Source of the DNA: Octopus sinensis
Lineage: Eukaryota
Direction: 5' to 3'
Length of the DNA: 64,000 bases
NCBI RefSeq assembly: GCF_006345805.1
Contig: NC_042997.1
Location: forward strand, 150,350,001 to 150,414,000
Positions 53,919 to 64,000 of the stretch are shown piece after piece. How positions within the stretch are numbered: the stretch's first letter is position 1; the number at the start of each line of letters is the position of its first letter. The notes below the pieces were generated by a model. That model saw only the letters and a list, made by a program, of their open reading frames with translations, was not told where the DNA came from and did not search any database. The position numbers were made by a program, and so were the translations under genes.

Positions 53919-54721
53919 AGACTGAGATAGATAGTTAGACAGATTGATACATGTATGTATGTATGCATGTATGTATGTATATATTTATAAATACATACAT
54001 ACATACATGAATAGATAGACAGATGTATATGCACACACACAGATACACGCAAAAACACATATTATTTTGTACACCCAGATAGCATGTGCTCTCTAAGCTC
54101 TATAAACTGCAGTAATCTTATTACAAATTGATTTCGTATAGAATTACAGTGCTATAAAGCAAAGATTATATCAGCAGACGAATCCTATCAGCATCAGTGC
54201 TGCGGTGGGACTATTGCATCACGGGATTTCAGCGTGGTTTCACATCGTCAGCAATTGACACCCAAACATGCTAAGCCAAAATGCTAGACAAAATCTCGTG
54301 AAACCGATTGAGTATAGCATTCAATGTTGGTGTGTTCATTCGTAACAATTAGAAAGCGTGAAATCACGTGATACAATAGTTCCACCTCCTGTGCAAATAT
54401 AATTCGTCTGGCGGAATAATCTGCGTTTTTTAGCACCATAAATATATAAGAAGAGATACAGTCTCAAGAATATGACTGTTCTTCATGGTGTTTTCATAGT
54501 ACATCCAAGTTAAATATTATTTATACGTCAATATTAGTAAGAAAGTCTGCCTCCGTCGCTGATAACTATACGGAAAATAAATGTACATACAGACACACAC
54601 ACGTATATATATATATATATATTTATTTATTTATTTATTTATTTATTTATACGCTCAAACACACACATATACATACATACAATTATATATACATACGTAT
54701 ATAGTTACATTTAAAAATATG

Positions 54722-55430
54722 CAGTGTGTTCGAGATAAATTTGACAGTTTACATCCAAAGTAAAGAAAGCAAAATATCTCGTCTAAAATTAAAAGTATTA
54801 GATTAATAAAAAAAGTAGCAACTAGATTATGGCTGAGAGATAACATTTTACTGAAAATAACCCCCTTCAATGTCCACCACGGCCTGAAGACGGCTCCAGA
54901 ACCTGACGCATGCGTTTCTCAGTCTGTGCTTCGAAAGATCTTCGAAAACCTCTTTGAACTTGACCGCCAGCTCGGCTTTACTGTAGTAAGAAGAGCAGCT
55001 GCTGTCTTTCTCCGCACATGGTTATGCAAGGTATTACAGTCGGGGGAATTAGAAGGTTAGAATTTGGGTTTCGTAAAGTCGTAGAAATTCTGCAATAATT
55101 CGTTCTAACACTTTCTGGAAGTATGGCAAAGAGCCAAAGCTGCTACCACATATATCGCCTTCCAGCAGCAAACCTCACCAGCCAGAAATTTACAACAGTC
55201 ATCAACCGCTTTACATAGACGTCTGAATCGAGTTAAATGCCATTATCAAAGATGTGGGGATGAATTCCAGCGTGTAGATGCAGTCAGTATACATGCTGTG
55301 TTTCTTTTTTGTTGGCCTTGGTCTGGTAGTTTCAATTGCAGATGTCCATGTCACGTCTTACACACTTCACAGTGTTCAAAATCCATTGAACAGCAGTCTT
55401 TATGTCGATATTTCGATACCCGGCGCAGAT
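54722..55430 (-). mobile_element. Decayed mariner-type (maT/DD37D-like) remnant of a second subfamily
   Basis: Minus-strand LNSDVYVKRL...AAGRRY...SNSPDCN...NACVRFWSRLQAVVDIEG; possible terminus CAGTGTGTTCGAG at 54722. Confidence 0.75.
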
Positions 55431-55619
55431 TAGTATAATAGTAGTAACTCTTTCCCAGTGTTCAGCTGTCTACTAATTCTCTGTCCCAGCTATATTTTAT
55501 CAAACATAAATTTTAATAATTATGCTCTCCAACAAAGTTGACCGTTTAAAAACGCCTTGTTCTTGAAAGAAAAGGAGACAAAACTCGTCAAATTTATCAC
55601 TAACACACTGTATATATGT

Positions 55620-55651
<32 letters not shown>

Positions 55652-55721
55652 CTAGAAATGGATATATATAGTTCAAGATGCGACCAGTTCAATATATTCA
55701 ATATGGTTCAATGTGTGCCCA

Positions 55722-55800
55722 GTCCAATAACACTATACTTGTTCCACGTCCTCGCGTTGTTGTGTTTTCTGTTTGTTCATGTTTGGAGTAACTATGTATA
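55722..55800 (+). mobile_element. 3' fragment of the Penelope-like terminus
   Basis: GTCCAATAACACTATACTTGTTCCACGTCCTCGCGTTGTTGTG matches the 16471-16676 and 39615-39820 copies. Confidence 0.7.
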
Positions 55801-56840
55801 TATAACTATATACATAGAATCTGTAAGTGGAGCAGTAAATATATGCAAGATATTTCTTAAATTTAAAATGTGACATAGGTTTCGTCATCAATCTACATTC
55901 TGTGAATGTGGCTTTCTGTCTTTGTAAGAAACCAAATCTTTCCTCAGAGAAAGAATTTAGATAATTAAAAACAGGAAAGATCATCCATCCATCCAGCCAG
56001 CCAGCCATCCAGCCATCCAGCCAGCCATACATACATACATACATACATACATACATACATACATACATACATACATACATACATACATACATACATACCT
56101 TGCATATTCTGTTACTGATACATTATCATTTAGCCGAAAGTTAGCGAATAAAAAATAGTTACCTCTCCCTCAAGTGACACTAACTAATTATTCAAAAATG
56201 ACGTATTTGATAATTTAGTTCCGGTTACACCATGCTCGAGGTGGTCATGAATGTTATATAGTTATCCGATCAGGACTGATCTTGTGGGGAAAATAGTAAG
56301 AACTATAATTAAACGAACTTATGACCAAAGGCTTCTACTGAGTGTTGATTATAGCTGCAAATTTGAGTGCATGCTTTTTAATTTTTGATTTTTATTTGTT
56401 TCTGTCATTAGAACGACCAGAGCAATATTGTCTCCATTCTAATGAATAAAAGACTCTAGTCTAATGACCGAAGGGCTTAGGCGATGAAATCGGTCCCGGT
56501 AATTATTTTTAACACTGGCACTTCTATCTACGCTTATTACCAAACAGATAAATTGCGAGAATGTAAGGACAGCGACCCTGATTGCCAAGTGGTCAGAGAC
56601 AGTTGCTAATATCCACTCGTAAATACATATATTTACACGTATTGATGATACGATTCTAAAATGCTAACATCAACCAAATTTACCTACAGGTCATTATTGG
56701 CCTAGGGCTATTGTAAAATACCAATCCGCAGTGAAATGTGAGACGGAATACAAATCCAAGTATTTGTAAAGCGAATTTCTTAATAAAACAGCGAACGAGT
56801 TATATTGCCACCCAATATAGTAAATCCTAACATGCCGAAA

Positions 56841-56896
<56 letters not shown>

Positions 56897-57008
56897 CCAC
56901 CATCATCACCATCATCATCACCATCACCATCACCATCACCATCACCATCACCATCACCACCACCACCACTACCACCACCACCACCATCACCATCACCATC
57001 ACCATCAC

Positions 57009-57092
<84 letters not shown>

Positions 57093-57186
57093 CATTACTA
57101 TTTTCATTATCATTACTATTATCATTATTATTATTATCATTATCATTATTATTATTACTACTATAATTATTATTGTTGTTGTTATT
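56841..57186. repeat. Compound trinucleotide array (CAT)n-(CAC/CAT)n-(CAT)n-(TAT)n
   Basis: Read directly from the sequence; source of the spurious poly-His/poly-Tyr ORFs. Confidence 0.95.
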
Positions 57187-58095
57187 GCCTTTACACAGCT
57201 TCTAACGGTGGGGATGTATTACAATGTCAGCTGTTCACTACCAGTGAACTAAGGTAACATTTCCTATTTTTCGATCACCTTCCAGAGTATTCCAGCGGTT
57301 CCAAGCATTGCTGTTTTCTGCAAGTGCTCCACCCTGATTGCAGCCCCTATTTGTTCAACGTACGTCTCGATATTTTTGTTCACTGTTCCAAGGGCTCCGA
57401 CAATTATTGGTACTACTGCTACCTTTTTCATCTAACCCAACTGCTTAAATTCCCAAGCTAGCCCGTGATGTCTCTCGACTTTTCTTTCTTCCTTATCGCA
57501 TGCCCTTTTGTCAGCTGGGCATGCCATATCTATGATCCAGCATAGTTTGTTTTCTTTCTCAACTAAGACCATGTCCGGCTTCCTCTTCTCTATTTCATGG
57601 TCGCACTGAATCATAAAATCTCATAGGATCTTTGCATTTCCATTTTCGACGATGCCTTCAGGTTTGTGTTCGTACCAATTTTTTACTCTGTCAAGTCCAT
57701 ACTTGCTGCAGAGTGTCCAATGTACAAGCCTGGATATATTGTCCTGGTGTCACTTATATTCTTTCTGGGCTAGTGGTGTACATTAGCTAGTAATATGCTA
57801 TACGGTTTCACTGTTTTGTCCACAGATTCTGCACTTAACACTTTCTGATGTGTTTTTCTATTCTGTATTTCATATAGTTTGTTCTTAGTGCTTGCTCGAT
57901 TTTAGTCATCCACAGCCATCTTTTTTCTCTGTCTGTCTTATCTTCAACATCCCTATGAAATTGACCATGCATTCATTTTTTTACCCACCTATTTTCAGTT
58001 TTATTTGTTTTCAATTTCTTGTACAGTGCTTTATCTTTGCAATTTTTCATCCTACACAAGCCTGACCTTCTTATTTCTAATAATAACGGTTCTGT
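57187..58095 (-). mobile_element. 5'-truncated R4/Dong-clade non-LTR retrotransposon (zinc knuckle + restriction-like endonuclease)
   Basis: MHGQFHRD; CRICGQNSETV*HITS*C (CCHC); RKPDMVLVEKENKLCWIIDMACP (PD-D RLE); PIIVGALG...LQKTAMLGTA. Stop TAG at 57266-57264, then a short UTR and an AAT-rich tail. Confidence 0.9.
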
Positions 58096-58107
58096 GGCAT
58101 TTTAAAA

Positions 58108-58158
<51 letters not shown>

Positions 58159-58209
58159 GTTGTTGTTGTTGTTGTTGTTGTTCTTCTTCTTCTTCTTCTT
58201 CTTCTTCTT

Positions 58210-58295
<86 letters not shown>

Positions 58296-58306
58296 TATTA
58301 TTACTA
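58108..58306. repeat. Compound array (ATT)n(GTT)n(CTT)n(ATT)n
   Basis: Read directly from the sequence. Confidence 0.95.
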
Positions 58307-61300
58307 TTTTACTGTATTTAATTAATTAATTAATTAATTATTTTATTTATTTATTTAATTATTAATTTATCTATTTGTTATCACACTATCTAATAAGAAA
58401 ATATATGACGCGACAATCTGAAATTTAAAAATTGTTATAGCTGCCGTTATTTTTGCTCTTGACAAATGCACTTTACTTTTGGTAGGCTGTTTATTCCAAC
58501 TAGGCTGTATGTAAATAGCTACAGGGTGTCTGCTATTCATCATTTCAGCATGCAGTGCAAATCAAAACAACTTGAGCACAGTGCAATACTGATCTCAGAT
58601 AATCACATCGAATTAGGAAAAAAATGGGTGAACATTTACTATAGTCTTTACCATAATCTTTACAGCACAAAATGCATGTAAAGCAGTATGCTGATCATTC
58701 CTCATGAAGTAACAATGATGCTATGAAATAATTACATTTTTCAATACAGTAAGCGACGCAGCAATGTTGATCCTTTTAAACAAAGCATGTCTATGCATAT
58801 CACACACTCTTTCCATTAAGGATTTCATACTTTCTTTCCCTTTCTTCCCTGCGTTGATACTCTATCATGTGGCTTGTTTCTGTTATTCTGTTTCTCTTCT
58901 TACTTCCACTCTGTCGTTTACACTCATTTCCTTTAAGTAATTTATGCCTTTAGGGCAACACTAATGAAATGGTTTTGCAACTACTAACAACTGTGTCACA
59001 CTCATCAGTTCTCTAATTAAATAGTTGCTTTAGGTAACAAAACAATACTTGCAGAAGGACATGTAACTCTGGTTTATCAGTTCAAGAGGTTGACAGCCAG
59101 TCTATTTGACCTTTAAGCCTCTACAGCACAAATTAAACCAGTATAATACCAATCATCATTATGCTCCTGCTTGCTGTGCAGATTCATCGACCCATTCATC
59201 TACCAACCAATCAGCATCTTACACGTAACCTATACACCTGCGTATTCCATTCTATTACCGAAGATAACAGATGTTATATGAGATCCTTAATAGAGTGCAT
59301 GCAGATTGATTAAAGTGTACAACAGCTATAACACTGGCTTTGTAAATACATGAAATATTCTTTGAAATTAGACGGGGTATTGTTAAATATCAGTATCTGA
59401 ATTTTCATGTTCTCTGTTAGTCAAGAGGAAAGTCAAGTCCACGATCCTTTACAAGGCTTCCGAGATTTGTATGATGGAGGGAGGGGTGAGGATTCTTGTC
59501 GAGGAGGAAACCTGACCCCAGTGCTTACAACAAAGTTCAAGTCCGCTAAAGGTATCCAAGAAACGAATGGTGTTAAACCAAGTGACACATTCAGTGTATC
59601 AACCAACACTCCTCGACATTTTGATTTAGATAAATGAAGGAGGTAACTTTGGATATTATGCTCTGTATGCTATTGTTGCTGTTGATGTGCTTCATTTTGA
59701 TTTATAATCTCTGATCAACCTAATGCCTCTGTAGTGATACGCTATGATTAGATCTGCTCAATGATTTACCCTTCTATTTAAATATTTATTGAAGGAGAAT
59801 CTTAGCAAGCCGAGCAGAATTGCAAGCAACCACCTGTTAGCTTGTGCAAAGAATGTAGCTTCGGGAAATGTAGAAATGATTGTAATAAGGAATCTAAATG
59901 CGATACTAAGGTAGCTCTGAATATATTTATTCCTATTCTATTATACTTCCGAAGTAGGCATTTACTGATACGTGCTTCAGAAGACAAAAAATACAGGTGT
60001 GTTTTCAAGAATTAAGACATGGACTCCATTCCCTACATTATGTTTATTATCTCTGTCGACGAAGCATATTCCTGACACGCAGCATATTAAAATGAGACTA
60101 TCAATAATGACAGAACGCGTGCTTAAGGCCAAGGTGAATTAATAATAGCCACTTAGGGATAGATCCAAAACCAAAGAGCATGGAAAGATATACACCGATC
60201 ACAGGACAGCAATTTTCCTATCTTAACTTTTTGACAAATTCTAAAACTGTTTCTGACGTATTACATTTAGAACTGCATTTCTCGCATTATAATTCACAAG
60301 AGCAAATTCGAAACTTGTATCAAATACCAAACTTCTTTTCATTGGTTTCAATAATTGGAACAGGTCACAAAAGTTATGGTCATTGACACCATAATATTGC
60401 CCTATATCCATTATATATACTCGTGGTTACTTACGGTTGTTATGTAATCTCTGAAGATTTGATTACATAATTTATTTATAAAGTCTTCCTTATATAACTG
60501 AAATTGTTATTTTGAAGGAAGCACGTGTAATATGATGATGTAACTAAATAATGCAAGAACATTCTTGTTTTGTCTTCTCTTACTTCCTCTCTCACTCTCT
60601 CAGCTCTTTCTTCTCTCTCTTTACTCTCTCTCACTCTCTATTCACTCTCTCTACTCTCTCTATATATATACTCTCTCTCTTTCTCTTGCTCTCCACTAAC
60701 AATAAATCAATGCATATGTAACTGCAAACATACACGAATAGGCTACGCAGGCTGAAACTTCGAAGTCCATGTCAGCATTATTCTTATTAACGTAAAATAA
60801 CTATACTCTAAAGAAGCATTGTGTAATCCTTGGGTTTAATACATAATTATTTTTACATTATAACTCTACACAAAGGCTAACATTAATTTGTGTGTGTCTA
60901 TGTGTGCGTGAATGTGCGTGCGTATGTGTGTGTGTGCATGTGTGTGTATGTGTTGATATTATGAAGAGGTTTAGAATATACAGATATTACGTAAAGTATA
61001 CCCTTGGTACAGAGAATGTTACTATGTTATCAGAAACGTTTTACATATTGAACACACAGCACAAAATGTATTTCGTTTCCTAGCAATTTAGAGAATTGTT
61101 CTTTATACAATAAAACAATCAATAAAAATATCAAGTCAGTTGAGAGATCCACAAAAATGTTTTACTCTATTTCATAATATCTATGAGAGGCTGTCAAATG
61201 AAGAGTGCAGTATATTGTTCATATTACAGCGCTGCCAGCTAAATGATGTAATTTTCTGATTTGTTGTTTTTGTTGAGATGACGAAGCACTCTCTGTTTGG

Positions 61301-61740
61301 TCATTGAAATGGCTAGGTACTCACAGCAGCTGCGCATTCAATGTAGACAGATTATATAATTTAAATAACACTTGAAAATTCAATGTATATAGATTTTTAC
61401 AATGTAGTCTTCTATTGCAATGTAGACAGCTTTAACACAGCAAAGAACTCATGCATTGCAGACGGCTGGAATAATATAGACATATCATAGAATATTGATT
61501 TATAGCATTGGTACAAGCCACACATACTAAAGGAGTGGTGTGGGCAATTAAACAGATTCCAGTTCAAATGAATGTATGGTTGAATATGCTTATATATATG
61601 TGGGCGTATACAAGTATATATACACGTATATACCGATTAATTTTTACAGATATGTGTGTGTACGTATATATGTGAGTGTGTATGGGTGTGTTTATGTATG
61701 TATGTATCTATTTATGTGTATATACATACATATATATATA

Positions 61741-61787
<47 letters not shown>

Positions 61788-61838
61788 CATACATACATAT
61801 ATATATATACACACACACACGCACACACGCATATATAT

Positions 61839-62127
61839 GTGATGGGTAAATTGTCGCCATTTAATATCTCTAAATTTGCGCATGCGCATTCTTCGATTCT
61901 TTTACTTCATACAATTATTTGACTGCAGCCATGCTAGAGCACCGTCTTTAGTAAAAAAGTTGACCCCCGGGACTTATTCTTTGTAAGCCTTATTGCATCG
62001 GGTCTTTTGCCGAACCGCTAAACACACCAACATCGATTGTCAAGCTATGGTAGGACAAACACAGACACACACTCAGATACATCCACACACAAACACTCAT
62101 ACACACGCATACGCGCATATATATATG

Positions 62128-62161
<34 letters not shown>

Positions 62162-63402
62162 ATATATATTATATATATATATATATATACACGACGGATT
62201 CTCTCAGTTTCTGTCTACCACTCACAAGGTTTTGGTCGGTCCGAGGCTATAGTAGAAAACATTTGCTCAAGGTGCCACGCAGTGGAACTGAACGCGGAAC
62301 CATGAGGTTGGAAAGAAACCTCTTACCTCACAGCCACGCTGCGCCATTGTTTGTTTTCGATTTTGTTGACTGCATAGTATTGTAGGCTCAGTTAGGCACC
62401 ATCTGTGAGAGAACTAGCTCCATGACTCAATTCAGTCTGCCAGAAATTTGGAAACGACAGGCTGTATTGCTTGGCATTCGCTGTTTCGCTGTCAATCAGA
62501 GGACACTGCAGATGATTCGTAAAACGTTGGATGAGTCTAATGGTGATTACGAAGGTACGGCAGCTCCGAAAACACACTCTGGTCGTTCTGATAAGAAAAG
62601 AACTCTTGAATTTGTTTGTGACATGCAGGCCATGAATGATTACGATCCCTCCAAGTCAATCGCGTCCATCTGCCATGGACATGGGAGTGTCTGACTTTAT
62701 TGTCAGGCAGCTTATGCATGAAGATATTCAGTATTTCTCATTCAAGATGAGAAAGGGACACTTTTTATTTCAAGCTATCAAGGACAAGAGGAAAGACTGC
62801 ACAACGAAGCTTTTGAACAAACTCAAGCATCCAAGCTCCAAAATCCAACCGAACATTCTTTGATTTTACTCACACAAGAAATATTTCGGTCAGGATCAGA
62901 TGGTGAACACACAGAACAACCATTGGCGTGTCCTGTCGCCAAAACATGTGCCAAGAATGATAAAAATCAAGCATCCAGTCAATATCATAATGTTGGAGTG
63001 ATCACTAGTGATGGCGACGTTATGTCTCCATTCATCTTCCCACAAGTCGTCAGACTCAACACAGAGGCCTTCCTCAAGTTCCCAGAGGAGGTAGTACTAC
63101 TGGGACAAGTGGGTGGATATTGGACTATGCCACACAAACAGGAGAATACAATCATGGCCATCAGACAATATTTGCGATCACATCCGCCTAACTCCCCAGA
63201 CTGCAACCCTTTTGAATATTATGTGTTGGGTACCGTTGGGGGAGAGACCAACAAAACACCTTGTAACACAAAAGATGAACTGAAGGTAAGGATTATGGCA
63301 GCATTCACCAAATATAAACATGAAAATCGCCCACAAAATTTACAGAAAATTTCGAAGTCGTTTGGAGGCCATAGTTACAGCTAATGGCGATTTTATTGAA
63401 TA
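61839..63402 (+). mobile_element. Decayed mariner-type transposon (same family as 9662-10898), interrupted by a SINE and a Helitron
   Basis: 5' end remnant GTGATGGGTAAATTG...TTGCGCATGCGCA at 61839-61890. Transposase pieces run from MTQFSLPEIWKRQAVLLGIR (62422) through PPNSPDCNPFEYYVLG...TKDELKVRIMAAF. Confidence 0.88.
61897..62345 (-). mobile_element. tRNA-derived SINE, family B, nested in the mariner 5' region
   Basis: Collinear with 48059-48507; mariner sequence resumes immediately after 62345. Confidence 0.88.
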
Positions 63403-63794
63403 CTATCAGTATCGCCCGGCGTTGCTCGGGTTTGTAAGGGAAATAATTATATAAGCATTTTTAGAGATGTAAAGTATAATAGCCATCTCAATATGGCTAA
63501 CCACAAAGGGGGAGGGGTGTTACTGTAGCTTTTTACGTTCTGAGATTTAATAATAAATTTTAGAGTGTTACTTCCCTTATATATGTCAAAAATGGATTAA
63601 AAATGGGAAAAATTGATGGTAATTTTTTTTAAAATCATAGACTCATCGTAGACGCGCGCTAATACCCAGACGGTCTCGATATGAATCACGACTAAGATAC
63701 CCGGTTTTGGTTAAACTGCACCGCAAAATGTGGGAGTAGTTAGGAATCTAAATCGTAGGAGACAGACACACAACCTCACTTTTATATATAAAGA
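63403..63794 (-). mobile_element. Non-autonomous Helitron (~390 bp)
   Basis: Minus strand: A|TC start at 63794 and a GC hairpin CCCG(A)GC-AAC-GCCGGG (63430-63415) 12 nt from the end. The end is CTGATAG|T (CTAG with one substitution); insertion is at AT with no TSD. Confidence 0.72.
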
Positions 63795-64000
63795 TTTCCT
63801 CTATTTACATAATTTGAGGTCTCTTTCTTTCTTTTGTTATCTTACTGTTTTTACCAATATACATATATATAATATATATAAATATATATATAGTTACAGA
63901 GATGTACTTGCATAGCAAGTGACTTGATCTGAGATCGTGTGCTGGAACGAAAACAGTTGCAGCGTTGAAGGTGTTTATAAGCCATTTAAGAAACACACAA

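Noticed and set aside
54884-54910. CTGAAGACGGC as a hammerhead core
   Set aside because: No stem II/GAAA follows; it is the antisense of mariner transposase codons (CVRFWSRLQ).
56694-57257. Poly-His/poly-Tyr and poly-Met/Val ORFs, plus the many IY/CV/SL-repeat ORFs across the window
   Set aside because: They are translations of microsatellites with no domain content.
59421-59642. Possible exon between TTCTCTGTTAG and GAG|GTAACT
   Set aside because: All three frames contain stops and no domain is recognisable; more likely a retroelement relic.
9662-63402. Oppositely oriented mariner copies as a composite transposon carrying the TLR
   Set aside because: Both copies are decayed and diverged, the outer termini are degenerate or missing, and no shared TSD is evident.

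Overview
AT-rich, microsatellite-dense eukaryotic genomic DNA. The tRNA-SINE and mariner repertoire suggests an octopod cephalopod (inference). One intact protein-coding gene is visible: a Toll-like receptor of the multiple-cysteine-cluster (protostome/Toll) type, encoded in a single open exon (20585-24925, +). It has two LRR blocks, a TM helix and a TIR domain, and a 239-codon in-frame Ser/Pro-rich leader (including a pure (TCT)26) precedes its signal peptide. The rest is decayed mobile DNA: R4/Dong-, Hero-, RTE- and CR1-type non-LTR remnants, Tc1/mariner remnants, two tRNA-SINE families, a non-autonomous Helitron, and Penelope-like termini carrying minimal hammerhead ribozyme motifs. The most notable unexplained structures are a ~575-bp near-perfect foldback 1.5 kb upstream of the TLR exon, the TLR leader with its divergent TIR and tail, the hammerhead motifs, and a perfect 62-bp inverted duplication inside a decayed LINE. 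No tRNA/rRNA genes, CRISPR arrays or prokaryotic systems are supported. Clade assignments of repeats rest on remembered motifs, not database searches.
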